Below are positions 1-12,148 of a stretch of DNA of 64,000 nt, one piece after another; positions within the stretch are counted from its first letter, which is position 1, and each line of letters starts with the position of its first letter. Source of the DNA: Syntrophorhabdaceae bacterium (GTDB lineage Bacteria; Desulfobacterota; Syntrophorhabdia; Syntrophorhabdales; Syntrophorhabdaceae); the NCBI GenBank assembly GCA_963666485.2, contig CAXXUO010000001.1, forward strand, positions 32,001-96,000, given 5' to 3'. The notes beneath the pieces are model-generated. The model ran no database searches and was not told the origin of the DNA. It saw only the letters and a list, made by a program, of their open reading frames with translations. The position numbers were made by a program, and so were the translations under genes.

Positions 1-371
1 TCTTTTTTTAACCGCCGCGTGCCGAGGACCCTTTTCAGGATGACCTTCAGTTCGTCGAGAAGGATGGGCTTCACAAAGAAATCCGTTGCGCCCCTTTTGA
101 TGGCATCGAGAGCGTTCTTTTTCGTGCCGTAGGCCGTAATGATAAGTATGGGGACATCAAACCTTGCCTTTATGGCGCTTGTTGCCGAGAGGCCGTCGAG
201 CCCCGGCAGGCTGATGTCCATTATGACAAGGTCGATATTGTTTCCAATCGAACGGTAGGCGTCCTCGTAACTTTCAAAGGCGTTTACCCTGTAGCCTTCC
301 CCTTTCAGGGCCTCTTCCAGGAAGAACCGGACGCCTGCGTCATCCTCTATTATCACGATCCGTTCGCTCAT
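1..371 (-). CDS. Response regulator receiver domain, probably PilR/NtrC-like (runs off the window)
   Basis: Manual translation from ATG at 371: MSERIVIIEDDAGVRFFLEEAL...DLVIMDISLPGLDG...ITAYG...FFVKP, canonical Rec motifs; directly downstream of a histidine kinase. Confidence 0.85.
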   Translation of the reverse strand, partial: MSERIVIIEDDAGVRFFLEEALKGEGYRVNAFESYEDAYRSIGNNIDLVIMDISLPGLDGLSATSAIKARFDVPILIITAYGTKKNALDAIKRGATDFFVKPILLDELKVILKRVLGTRRLKK

Positions 372-387
372 GCTTTCCTTGAATATG

Positions 388-1491
388 TCAGTTAACGGCC
401 GGTTGCGCCGTCATTTTCTCCAATGCCTGCCCGGCGGCGTTGTGCACGGGCAGCTCGATCGTGAACGACGTGCCGGACTCCGAGCTCCCGACCTTGATAT
501 CCCCGCCATGGAGCTTCATATTGCGCATCCCGATGAAAAGGCCCAATCCTTTGCCTTCCTTTTTCCTCGTGAAGAAAGGCTTGAAAATAGAATCATAATC
601 CTCCGGCAGTATCCGGGAATTTTTATTCGATATTACGATGGAGATGTTCTTTTCGTCCTGGCGCACATCGATCTTTACTGTGCCGCCGTCTTTTTCGTAC
701 CCCGCCGCATTCTTGAGAATGTTATAGATCACCTGGTAAAGCTTCACCTTGTCAGCGAAGCAGATAAGTTTTCCCTTTTTGAGATCGATACGAACATCCT
801 CATAGGCCTCGGCTATCGCTTCGACGGAGTCCTCTATGACCTCGTACAGATCGAACTGTTCCCCTGAAAATTCGTTGTCGGTAAAATCAAGGAGCTCCCG
901 GGTGAAGATATCTATCTTCTTTGACGCATCGAGCATCGCCGCTATATATCGTTTCTGGGACTCGTCGGTTATCCTCTGTTTCAAGAGCTCACTCATGCCC
1001 GTGATCGTATTGAGGGGGTTGCGCACCTCGTGTGCAACCATGAGCGACATGTACCCGAGAGGGATGATATAGTCCAATTTTTCCATGCTTTCGATGAGCC
1101 CCCTGCGCTCGCTTTCGTCGGCACGGGTCTGAACATGTTCCATCAGGCGCTCGATGAGATTATAGACCTCCAGCATCTGCCCGCGCTCGTGCCTGAATTC
1201 CTCGAGCCGGACAAAGCTCTCCGCTTTCTTTACCAGGTCATTGATCGGCTGCATGACGGCGCGAACGATCACGAGTGTACACAGGGCGGAAAAAAGGCAT
1301 ACGCCGAAGATCCATGCCCACCCGACATTCCCCTTCGTAGAAGCGATGACGTTGAGAGCGATGGTCACGGCAAAGAGGCTTGTCAGGAATGACACGAGCG
1401 GTATCAAGGTATTGAGGCTGTAGCGCAAATTGCCCGGGTCCTTGAAGAAGCCTTTCAACCGGCACCCCTCATGGCGCTCATGATGTTCCAC
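388..1491 (-). CDS. Membrane sensor histidine kinase, PilS-like; true start may be TTG near 1458
   Basis: Two TM segments, H-box AHEVRNPL, N-box NILKNA, FKPFFT and GKGLGL. Confidence 0.88.
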   Translation of the reverse strand: MEHHERHEGCRLKGFFKDPGNLRYSLNTLIPLVSFLTSLFAVTIALNVIASTKGNVGWAWIFGVCLFSALCTLVIVRAVMQPINDLVKKAESFVRLEEFRHERGQMLEVYNLIERLMEHVQTRADESERRGLIESMEKLDYIIPLGYMSLMVAHEVRNPLNTITGMSELLKQRITDESQKRYIAAMLDASKKIDIFTRELLDFTDNEFSGEQFDLYEVIEDSVEAIAEAYEDVRIDLKKGKLICFADKVKLYQVIYNILKNAAGYEKDGGTVKIDVRQDEKNISIVISNKNSRILPEDYDSIFKPFFTRKKEGKGLGLFIGMRNMKLHGGDIKVGSSESGTSFTIELPVHNAAGQALEKMTAQPAVN

Positions 1492-2681
1492 CAGGGCATG
1501 AATATGGCAAGTGCGAGAAACAGGACCATTCCGGCAAGCCCCACGGTCAGGATGGGCTCGATGTAGGCCGACAGCCTGCCGACCGTGTACGTCACCTCCC
1601 GGTCGTAGTGCATGGAGATCTCTCTCAACATGTCTTCGAGCGACCCCGTTTCTTCCCCCGTCGCGATAAGATGGATAACAAGGGGCGGGAATATCTTCGC
1701 ATCCTTCAACGGCCGCGCTATGCCATGTCCTTTCTCGATGTTCTCCGCTATCTCGAGGACCTTTCGCGCGATAAATTCATTGCCGACCGTCCGCGAGACA
1801 ATATCGAGGGTCCGTATGATGGGCACACCTGAACTGACAAGATTCTCGAGGGTGAACGCGAACCGGCTCATGCATGTCTTCAGGACGATCTCGCCGATAA
1901 GAGGTATCTTAAGCTTCAATACATCGATGGCATATTTCCCGCCGGCACTTCTCTTGTATAAGAAAAATGCGACGATCAATGCGGCGAGGATGACGAAAGA
2001 GACCCCGAGATATTTCTGGAAGATATCGTTGATCACGAGGAGAATCTGCGTGGGAAGCGGCAGAGCTATCTTGGCGCTGCGGAACAACGGCGCGAATTTA
2101 GGCACAACGACGTTGACGAGTATGATGAACGCCGAGACCAGCGTTATCACAACGAAGGTCGGGTACCGCATGGCGGATTTGATCGTTTCCTTCGTCTTCA
2201 TCTGGAATTCCAAAAGGGCCGACAATCTTTCCAGGACTTCTTCCAGGCTGCCGCTCGTCTCCCCGGAACGCACCATTGCCACGTAGATCTCGGAAAACAC
2301 TCCTTTGTGTTTCGCGAGTGCGTCGGAAAAACTTGACCCCTTGTCAATGTCCTGTGCCACGGCCGTTATCGCTTTTTGTAAGCGGGGATTCGACGTCTGC
2401 TCCGAGAGCGCCCTCAAACCCGATACGATGGGTATGGCCGATTTTACCACCGTCCGGAGCTGCCGCGTAAAGAATATGAGGTCGTCGAACTTGACGCGCT
2501 GGAAACGCGCCAGGATATCTTCGGACGATCCCGAAGCGGCTTTGCCTGTTTCCTTCGCTGAGACGGGGATATAGCCCATCGAGTCGAGCTGCATCATAGC
2601 TTCCCGCTGTGTTGCAGCCTCGATGTTCCCCTGGACCATGAGGCCTCTTTCATCGCGGGCCTTATATGCGAATGTGGCCAT
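1455..2681 (-). CDS. pilC: Type IV pilus/T2SS inner-membrane platform protein (PilC/GspF/MshG)
   Basis: MATFAYKARD start, two T2SSF repeats (GETSGSLE, GEETGSLE), AMRYP, IEPIL. Confidence 0.93.
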   Translation of the reverse strand: MATFAYKARDERGLMVQGNIEAATQREAMMQLDSMGYIPVSAKETGKAASGSSEDILARFQRVKFDDLIFFTRQLRTVVKSAIPIVSGLRALSEQTSNPRLQKAITAVAQDIDKGSSFSDALAKHKGVFSEIYVAMVRSGETSGSLEEVLERLSALLEFQMKTKETIKSAMRYPTFVVITLVSAFIILVNVVVPKFAPLFRSAKIALPLPTQILLVINDIFQKYLGVSFVILAALIVAFFLYKRSAGGKYAIDVLKLKIPLIGEIVLKTCMSRFAFTLENLVSSGVPIIRTLDIVSRTVGNEFIARKVLEIAENIEKGHGIARPLKDAKIFPPLVIHLIATGEETGSLEDMLREISMHYDREVTYTVGRLSAYIEPILTVGLAGMVLFLALAIFMPWWNIMSAMRGAG

Positions 2682-2696
2682 AATTATCGTGTGCCT

Positions 2697-4390
<1,694 letters not shown>

Positions 4391-4391
<1 letters not shown>

Positions 4392-5467
4392 TATCTCTTT
4401 CCCCTTTCCTCAAGATAGCGCAGCCTCTCGAGAGCCCCGTCCCTTTCCCGGGAGGATTTCGCCAGGCTTAAGTATTGACGGTAGTACTTTATCGCATCAG
4501 CGGACTGCCCCATATTGTCCTTTGCTACGGCATATGCCAGGTAAAGGTTAACGTCCCTGACATTCTTGTTTATCGGGACCTCGAGGACCCTGGCTGCTTC
4601 CGCATATTTCTTTCCCGTTCTGAAGAGCGCCGCGAGATTCAGGTACGGTTCGAGGCTTTCCGGTTCCAGGGAAATGGCCTTTCGGAAATATTCTTCCGCC
4701 AGACCGGGATCATCGGTTATCAGGAGGAGCCCGATGTTATTATATGCCTTCGGGTAATTAGGGCGATATTCGAGCACTTTTTTGAAATAGGTCACGGCAT
4801 CTTTTCTGTTTCCCAGGGACGCGCAAACGATGCCCATATTATTGAGGGCCTCTACGTGGTCCGGCTTGCGACCGAGGACAACCAGAAACGCCTTCTGCGC
4901 CTCTTTGTACTGACCCGCGGCCATTAGCTGGAGGGCCTCGTTGTATTGCCTGTTTATTGAATCGTCTTCCATCTTCCGGGCAGGTGTATACCGTATCAGC
5001 TCGTCTTCCGCGGCCGGCTGTGCAGCCTTCGACCTTTTGGAAGGGCGCTCGGGTTTGAAGGCAACGTCACTGACATCGGGTGCCGGAACTGAAGCCGCAT
5101 TGACGGTCTTGGGTGCGTCCTTTACGGCAGTCAGGGCCTGTGTATTTGCGGCCACCTGTACGGCCGGTGCAGCCGGTTTCGCGGCTGCCGGCTGGGTTTC
5201 AGGGGTCTTCTGCGGGGCAGGCTTTACCGGCACAGCAGCCTGGGCAGCAGTCTTGACACCCGCCATCTGCTGCTGCGGTGTTTTCTTCTGGTGAAAAGCG
5301 GGGATATAGAGGTACGCAATAATAACTACCGCCACCAGGGCAACAATTCCGATCACGATGTATGGCGGCTTTTTCTTCGGCTCAGGCGCATTGCCGAAAG
5401 GGACACCATCCGGCTTATCCTTTCTGTCTTCCTGCGCCTTTTTCAGGGCATCATGGATTATGCTCAT
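4391..5467 (-). CDS. Membrane-anchored TPR protein (MshN-like)
   Basis: MSIIHDALKKAQ start, TM segment, Pro/Ala linker, several TPR repeats (ALNNMG, AYNNIG). Confidence 0.8.
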
Positions 5468-5482
5468 TACGTACCCTTACCC

Positions 5483-6952
5483 TTACCTGTCATGAATTAT
5501 TTTTGGCGTCAGGAACAGCACCAGCTCGGTGTTACGTTTTTCTTCCGTGTCGGCCCTGAAGAGAGGACCGAGGAGCGGAATGTTGGCGAGACCGAATACG
5601 CCCGTCCTGTCCTTGTATTTTCTTTCCTGTATGAGACCGGCGATAACCACGGTCTCCCCATCTTTTACCCGCACGATCGTGTCCGCTTCCCTGGTTGTGA
5701 TAATCGGTACACCGACCGTCGTTTCTATAATATCGCCCGACTGTTTGGGATAGGGCACCGTACCGGAAAGGGTTGAATAAACCGGGTGTATGCTGAGGAT
5801 TATGTTATTGTTCTCATCTATCTGGGGTATAACATCAAGCGCAACGCCGGTATTCAAGAATTTCGGGGTGTACGTCGCCAGCGTGCCGCTCGTGGTGTTC
5901 GATTGGGTCTGGTCGAAATACACCTCCTGCGTGGTCGCTTTTATGACGGCCCGTTGATTGTTGAGGGTAGCGACCTTGGGGCTCGAAAGCACCTCCACTT
6001 TATAATCCTTCTGAAGTGCCTCGATATAAGTATTCGTTATATTCAGGTCACCGGACGCGATGGAACCGGCATTGAACTGGACGATATTCTCCGTGATGGA
6101 GAAATCGCTCGGCCGGGGGAAATACTGCCGGGCGGAGATATTCGCAAATTGCCCTATCCGTACATTGACCATCTGCCAGTTAATACCGACGCGTGACCCT
6201 GCGGCCAGTATGACCTCGACGATCTTAGCCTCGATCATGATCTGCCGGTGCATCGGCCCTTCGAGGCTGTCGAGAAAGAGGGAAACCTGCTTGAGGTTCT
6301 TCGGGTAGTCGAGGACCATGATCGTGAAGGCCTGCCGGTTTACCGCAAATTTTCCGTCCGGCGAAAGAATGGACTTCATGTTGTCTTCAAGGTTCTTCCA
6401 GAGGTCGGTTTCACTCTCACTTCTTATGTCTATGGTCCTGTCCTGCGCGCTCGTTGTGCTTCCGCCCGTCGTCGTGCTCGATGAACTTCCTTCCCTCCAC
6501 TGGACCCGGCTCACGGACGACTTTTTCAAGGAAAGATAATTTACCGTGAAGAGCTTTGTCTCAAGTTTCGGTTTCGAGACATACACGGTCCTGCCTTCGA
6601 TCTTATAGGTGTAATTGAGAGGCTCGAGAATATACTCAAGTGCCTTGGGGAGGGTGACCTGCTTGAGGTCGACCGTGGTCGTACCCCGCACATCCGGTTC
6701 GATCACCACGTTGTAGTCCGTCTGTTTGGCGATCGCCCGCAGGATGTCCTTGACGTCGGCCTCCCTCAACGAAAAAGAATAAAGGTCATCTGTCTGCTTC
6801 GTTACCACCTTCTGTTCCCTGTCCGCCTGGAATGAAACCGGGCTCGGTATATCCGGCGGTTTCGGTACGTCTTTCGTATCAAGCGCGTTCTGCGTACTCG
6901 CGCACGACACCAGGAAACAGAGAAGTATTAAAGGGATCCATCGTATTTTCAT
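5483..6952 (-). CDS. mshL: Outer-membrane secretin lipoprotein (MshL/PilQ/GspD family)
   Basis: Lipobox LVSC, QIMIEAKIVEV, LSSPKVATLNNQRA, IPLLGPLF, ELVLFLTP. Confidence 0.9.
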   Translation of the reverse strand: MKIRWIPLILLCFLVSCASTQNALDTKDVPKPPDIPSPVSFQADREQKVVTKQTDDLYSFSLREADVKDILRAIAKQTDYNVVIEPDVRGTTTVDLKQVTLPKALEYILEPLNYTYKIEGRTVYVSKPKLETKLFTVNYLSLKKSSVSRVQWREGSSSSTTTGGSTTSAQDRTIDIRSESETDLWKNLEDNMKSILSPDGKFAVNRQAFTIMVLDYPKNLKQVSLFLDSLEGPMHRQIMIEAKIVEVILAAGSRVGINWQMVNVRIGQFANISARQYFPRPSDFSITENIVQFNAGSIASGDLNITNTYIEALQKDYKVEVLSSPKVATLNNQRAVIKATTQEVYFDQTQSNTTSGTLATYTPKFLNTGVALDVIPQIDENNNIILSIHPVYSTLSGTVPYPKQSGDIIETTVGVPIITTREADTIVRVKDGETVVIAGLIQERKYKDRTGVFGLANIPLLGPLFRADTEEKRNTELVLFLTPKIIHDR

Positions 6953-7581
6953 TTGGCCTTCTCCGTCGGTTTGTCTTTTGCAGGCAATTCCTCTTTTACC
7001 GGCTTTGATTCCTGGGTCACGGTATCGGGGTCAGCGAGGACCAGGGTCCTTTTAATGCCGCCCCGGGCCAGTACGACCCTGTCTTTACCTATATCGACAA
7101 CCTTTTCATTGCCGATAAGATCGCCCTTCTTTACGACTTCTTTATCGATGACCGCTACGCGGCTGCCCCCTCTTTCGAGGATGGCCACAAGCCTTACCGC
7201 CGAACCGGCTTCTTTTTTTCTTTTTTCCGTAAATACCGGCAGCGCAAAAGGATCGGACGCCCAACTGACATTGATCTTGTTGAATTGCGGTTTTGGCTGG
7301 ACCTGCGCAGGGGGTGCATCCCCGGGTTTCGCCGGGGCTTGCGGGCCTGCCGCCTGAGGCGCCTGGGCCTGCTGCTGCTGAGTTTGCTGCTGCGGTTGGC
7401 CCGCCGGGACGGGCTGACCGGGTTTTGCCGGGGCTCCTTGCTGGCCCGCGGGCTGCACCTGTGCCTGGGCAGGAGGCTGAACAGGGCCTTTCGGTTTTTT
7501 CTTTCCGGTGAAGAATTGAACGTATCCGGCGATAAGCAGGATCACGATACCGAAGATGAGGACCGGTTTACTTACCTTCAC
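6949..7581 (-). CDS. Pilus assembly accessory protein (MshK/PilP/GspB-like)
   Basis: N-terminal TM, P/Q-rich linker, DPF motif, AVID..VKKGD..G.KV..I. Confidence 0.65.
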   Translation of the reverse strand: MKVSKPVLIFGIVILLIAGYVQFFTGKKKPKGPVQPPAQAQVQPAGQQGAPAKPGQPVPAGQPQQQTQQQQAQAPQAAGPQAPAKPGDAPPAQVQPKPQFNKINVSWASDPFALPVFTEKRKKEAGSAVRLVAILERGGSRVAVIDKEVVKKGDLIGNEKVVDIGKDRVVLARGGIKRTLVLADPDTVTQESKPVKEELPAKDKPTEKAK

Positions 7582-8122
7582 CTGGCCTCCCTTTCAGTGC
7601 TTTGAACTCAACAACAAACCTGCCCGCCAAAACTGTACTGTCCTTATCATCAAAAGCGATGCGGGCCTTCTGAACCCCTTTGAAGGCAGTCTTGTTCGAT
7701 ATCTCTTCGAGGAATTTCCCTATGTCAAGAAACTCCCCCTTTATATTCATTTCAAAAACGGGGTTGACAATACCCCTGTGGGCCGAATCCAGGGAATTGT
7801 AGTTCCCGTTGAGGTTCCCGACCGCCATGCCTTTTGACCTGGCGTCGCGCAACAGGCCGCTCATAAACCCCGGCATCCTGTCTATACTCGGCGTCTGGGC
7901 CAGAAATTCGTTGTACGCTTTCCTGGCATTCTCCTGCGTCTGGACCCGCTGGGACATCGTCATGATGCTGGTTTCCATGTCCTTGCGTTCCTTCAGGATC
8001 GCGTTGATCATACCCTGTTTCTTTTTAGCCCCCGCCTCTATGGGAAGGTAGATGGCGAGTGCCCACACCACGATCATGGCGAGAGGTATACCGAACCATA
8101 TAGCGAGTTTTTTATAGTTCAT
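7568..8122 (-). CDS. pilO: PilO/MshJ-like alignment-complex protein
   Basis: TM plus coiled coil plus GEFLDIGKFLEEI motif; position in operon. Confidence 0.7.
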   Translation of the reverse strand: MNYKKLAIWFGIPLAMIVVWALAIYLPIEAGAKKKQGMINAILKERKDMETSIMTMSQRVQTQENARKAYNEFLAQTPSIDRMPGFMSGLLRDARSKGMAVGNLNGNYNSLDSAHRGIVNPVFEMNIKGEFLDIGKFLEEISNKTAFKGVQKARIAFDDKDSTVLAGRFVVEFKALKGRPGEGK

Positions 8123-9722
8123 GCTTCGCGCACCTCGCCGTCAATGCAAATTCCAGGACCGGCCTTCCGCGTAATGTCTTATTTTCTTTGCTGACGACCT
8201 CGATCTGCCTGATAAAGGTCGAGTCTTTCAGCGCGAGGATGAAATTGAAAAGAGCCAGTTCGAGCGCATCTGATTCGCCAAAAACGTAACCCTTGAGGGC
8301 AACCGAATATTCACCGTCCGGGAGCTTCTGGGCCTGCGTCGCCGCGGGCTTCGCAGGCTCGGGCGGCGGCTGCCCCGGTGTCTTTTTTGCATCCGGTGCC
8401 GCCGGATCGGCGGGAAATTCTCCGCCGAACTCAATCGATTTCAGGTAGACATCCTTCGGCGTCCGGGAAGAAAGATACTTTAACAGGGTTACAAAGGTCA
8501 GGTCTTTCTTCTGGATCTCGCTGCGTATGAAGGCAATGTCACCGGGATCGACCGTTTCGACATTTCTCACACCCAACGCCGCCATGCCTTTCTTTACATT
8601 TTCCAGGGTCCTCTGTTCGACGGAAAGCCTCAGGTCGACGTTCTGAACCGACCGCCACATGCCGAGGGAAACGAGGATGAGGATCGCGGCGACAGCGACA
8701 GTCCCGAACATGCTGAATTTCTTTATAAGCCTCGTCTGCTCCCTGCGCTTCGCGCCTTCGGGCAGAAGGTTCGGCAGGACATCCACGTTCATGCAGAGCG
8801 TCTGCGACGGGATATATTTGTCCTCAATGTTGTGAATGGCATCCAGGTGATCGATCTCCTCGACCAGCGTCTCCTGCAGTTTTTCGAAGAACTTCGGTAT
8901 CTTCGCGCCCCTGCCCGTCACATATACCTGGGTCACGGCCTTGTCAGGATAATGCTGGTTGTAGACGCTGAACGTCCTCTGTATCTCGCCGGCAAGGCGC
9001 TCGAAAGGAATTTTCAGGATCTCCGTCAACTCCTCGTCGAAGCCCCTTTCCTTCTTGAACTGCTCGGCCTCATCGAATGAGAGCCCGGGCCCGCTCATGA
9101 GTGCATCCGAGAAGCTCTCCGATGCCGTAAGTATCTCGCGGGCGAACATGAGCCTGCGGCCGCTCGCAATATAAAGACCTGTCCTCTTGCCCCCGATATC
9201 GATCACGGCGACAGACCTTTCGCCTATTTCGCCGAGCGCATAGATATAGGCAAACGCGATATCGGTGATAAGAACGAGTTCCTGGAAACCAACCCGCTCA
9301 AAAGCGGAACGCACGCGATCTATATACCCTTTCTGCGCGCCGACAAAAAGGACCTCGTCCTTCATGACGCCCTTTTCGTCGACCCGTCCGAGCATCAGGT
9401 GCTCATACGCCATGTCGTCGAGGTTGATAGACAATACCTTGGACGCTGTCCAGTTCAGGGCTTCCTTCTGTTCTTTTTTCGGCAGAATGGGAATGGTGAA
9501 TGTTTTCTTGAGTATGTCCGGAGACGATATGCCGACCGCCACTTCGCAGTCCGCGCCTTCCTTCATCCGGATATCTTCTACAATAAGCCTGAGATCTTCG
9601 AAATCTCCCTTGTAGGGATAATCGCCCTGGGATGTGATGATACTATTGCCGGTAGTGCCTTTGCACCGCACATATTTGATGCTGACGGTTCCGATATCAA
9701 TACCAAGGATATCCAAGCTCAC
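8112..9722 (-). CDS. pilM: PilM-PilN fusion (actin-like domain, TM, PilN-like periplasmic domain)
   Basis: GIDIGTVSIK, VIDIGG, VTGRGA, then NLLP motif, TM and C-terminal PilN-like region. Confidence 0.82.
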   Translation of the reverse strand: MSLDILGIDIGTVSIKYVRCKGTTGNSIITSQGDYPYKGDFEDLRLIVEDIRMKEGADCEVAVGISSPDILKKTFTIPILPKKEQKEALNWTASKVLSINLDDMAYEHLMLGRVDEKGVMKDEVLFVGAQKGYIDRVRSAFERVGFQELVLITDIAFAYIYALGEIGERSVAVIDIGGKRTGLYIASGRRLMFAREILTASESFSDALMSGPGLSFDEAEQFKKERGFDEELTEILKIPFERLAGEIQRTFSVYNQHYPDKAVTQVYVTGRGAKIPKFFEKLQETLVEEIDHLDAIHNIEDKYIPSQTLCMNVDVLPNLLPEGAKRREQTRLIKKFSMFGTVAVAAILILVSLGMWRSVQNVDLRLSVEQRTLENVKKGMAALGVRNVETVDPGDIAFIRSEIQKKDLTFVTLLKYLSSRTPKDVYLKSIEFGGEFPADPAAPDAKKTPGQPPPEPAKPAATQAQKLPDGEYSVALKGYVFGESDALELALFNFILALKDSTFIRQIEVVSKENKTLRGRPVLEFALTARCAKHEL

Positions 9723-9875
9723 CCCGTACCGCGCGATACAAATGATAACTGTTCAATGGGCCGGTAAGGACAAAACACAAAAATATTTGTCATATCACTC
9801 ACTTACAAATGTATCCCGATGTTACAAATTAATAGTTTGTCATATCTTGCTATAATTCCCATAATTATAAGTACT

Positions 9876-9904
9876 TTTATATTGTTTTGGAAAAAATAAG
9901 TCAA
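9876..9904 (-). promoter_or_regulatory. Putative sigma70 promoter of the pilM operon
   Basis: TTGACT-N17-TATAAA on the minus strand in an AT-rich intergenic region. Confidence 0.5.
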
Positions 9905-9991
9905 CAGGAAAATAAAGTCTGACAATACGGACATTGCCAGTAATAGAACATCATTTCGCAGAAGATTACGGCACAGCGGCGGGACAGGTTT

Positions 9992-12148
9992 TTACGGTTT
10001 GAAAGTCAGTCTGAATTTCCACACATCCGCTTTCTGGGTGGCCCCGCCCGATGCCGTGGTCCAGCCGAAGAGGAATTTATTGAATGCGGCGTTGTATGCT
10101 GAGTCAAGGGTGATGGTTCTGTCCAATGTTGGGCTGGCAACGGTATAATCGGTTGATACATTCCCGAGAGTTCCATTTGTATATTTGTCACATACAGGCA
10201 TTGCGATTGGCACCCACACAACCGTGCCATCGGTAATTGCCTGACTTACGGACCATGTGGGCTCGGTACTACCGCTTGTTCCGGCCGTCTGAGCCATAAA
10301 GTAATATCCCTTATTCGTTGTAGGTCTCACTTGATCCCCTATTGCATACGTGGTGGATGCGCTCCATAGGGGAGGTATTTGAATTGGGACCCATGTGACC
10401 GTTCCGTCGGTTACCGTTCCGCTTGGGGGCCAGGCCGGTTCGGCAGGGCCGCTTGTTCCGGCCGTAGCGGCGACATAATAATATCCATTGTTCACCGTCG
10501 GCCTTATTTGGTCATTGATCGTGTACGCGGTGGATGCGCTCCATACGGGATCGCAGGGTACGATCCATGATTTTATTCTATACGTTCCTGCTGTGCTATT
10601 GCGCACCACTTCCATCCTGTAGGCATAGGTGGTATTCACCGTAGTAGAGCTCGTTCTGTCCGCCAGCCATTTGGTCGGGTTGGTCGGGCTTGTGTAGTAA
10701 CTGCTGCTTGACGTTGCATTTGTCGGTCCGGTCGGACCGGTACTACTTGTACTGTCTCCCGAATCGGCTCCCGTGCCGGCGGTATGTTTGTTATCATCAT
10801 AGGTACGAGAATTTGTGGCATAATTAACAGACAAAGTCGGTGTACCGTAGAAAGACGCATTCTGCCACCACGCCGTCCCAGGCCAGTTTTCATAGCACAC
10901 AGCCCCGGAGCTAATACAGTTTGTCCAAGTCGGTTCTCCAGCAGCTGTCGTCCAGTTCCCAGAGCGTGATTCCCGGAAGAAGTAGCCGTTAGACGCGGTT
11001 GGAGCAATAACCTCACCTTGAGCATAGCTTGCATTTTTCCACCACGAACACTCCTGCCATTGTACGCCTGATTCCATGACGGTACTGCCTTTTGTCCCAG
11101 GCCAGGATGGTTCAGGTTCAGTTGCGCCCGTGGTCAAGTTATTCATTAATCTATACAGATAAGTAGTTCCCCCTGTTGTTCCATAGACAACCGTGTTGGC
11201 CAGGAACGAAAATGAACTCATCCATCTGGTATAATCATCCTTGCAGTTGATCCTGCTATCATCCCCCCAAAAAACATACGCCATATGCTCGTTGGAGGGG
11301 CCGTCGCATCTGTTATTCGAACCGCAGGCTACGCAGCTTGTGTTGGGATAAATGTCAAATTCAACAGCAAATTTTGGCGGCCTTAAACCATTTCCCAAGC
11401 CATCCAAGAATGACTTGATGTAATTGTCGGTCCCATATAATCGTGAATCCCCTCCATACGCCATGAGTTCTCCCATGCTGGAATCTCCACCAATGGAATT
11501 CGCTGTATTGCTGGTGCCATTCATTATTGCAAAGGTGAAGCCATCCCCCGTGGAGCCCGAGGCGTATTGAAAAACAAAATATGTTCTGAAACCACTCCCA
11601 AAATCACAGCTTCCACTGACACAGTTCCCGGCCGTGCTGCTCCCGCCATACCACACGGCGCCGGAGGCGCCTGATACTCCAAGGCCAAGGTGTACGACCC
11701 CGGTTTCTTCCACGGCGATCGATCTACCGGCCTGCGATTCTATCGGCTTGAAACTGCCCATGGACAAGGGAAAACTTACGTCACCGATCTTTAAATACCG
11801 GCGGAAATTCGAAAGAGTTACTCTTTGCACGGCTCCTTGATAAGTACCGTCAACCGTCAGAACATCCGTGTTATCATTGTAACTCGAGCTGAATGAGCCC
11901 TCTTTAGGTGTTCCGGGAACAAAATCCCTGCTGCCGCTGACGGGATTTCCTTCCGATGCAAAACGTATCGCCCATTCGACGCCTGCCCTGGCTATCATAT
12001 TTGCACGATGACCATTCAGCAGAAGCGTGAAACCCTGCTGCTTTGAAATGACCATCGATACGAAACTGGCGCCAAGAACCGCTATGAGTGTCATGGCTAT
12101 GATCAAGACCATGAACATGCTGCCTTTATTATTATTGAATTGCTTCAT
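9992..12148 (-). CDS. PilX/MshQ-like pilus-tip adhesin with legume-lectin-like domain and Trp-rich carbohydrate-binding-like repeats
   Basis: Prepilin-like KG|SMFMVL; lectin motifs GAVWY, GDGFTFAI, FAVEFD, FGWTTASGG; four W..ST.Y...VRPT..NGY..GTSG..EP.W-type repeats. Confidence 0.75.
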   Translation of the reverse strand: MKQFNNNKGSMFMVLIIAMTLIAVLGASFVSMVISKQQGFTLLLNGHRANMIARAGVEWAIRFASEGNPVSGSRDFVPGTPKEGSFSSSYNDNTDVLTVDGTYQGAVQRVTLSNFRRYLKIGDVSFPLSMGSFKPIESQAGRSIAVEETGVVHLGLGVSGASGAVWYGGSSTAGNCVSGSCDFGSGFRTYFVFQYASGSTGDGFTFAIMNGTSNTANSIGGDSSMGELMAYGGDSRLYGTDNYIKSFLDGLGNGLRPPKFAVEFDIYPNTSCVACGSNNRCDGPSNEHMAYVFWGDDSRINCKDDYTRWMSSFSFLANTVVYGTTGGTTYLYRLMNNLTTGATEPEPSWPGTKGSTVMESGVQWQECSWWKNASYAQGEVIAPTASNGYFFRESRSGNWTTAAGEPTWTNCISSGAVCYENWPGTAWWQNASFYGTPTLSVNYATNSRTYDDNKHTAGTGADSGDSTSSTGPTGPTNATSSSSYYTSPTNPTKWLADRTSSTTVNTTYAYRMEVVRNSTAGTYRIKSWIVPCDPVWSASTAYTINDQIRPTVNNGYYYVAATAGTSGPAEPAWPPSGTVTDGTVTWVPIQIPPLWSASTTYAIGDQVRPTTNKGYYFMAQTAGTSGSTEPTWSVSQAITDGTVVWVPIAMPVCDKYTNGTLGNVSTDYTVASPTLDRTITLDSAYNAAFNKFLFGWTTASGGATQKADVWKFRLTFKP

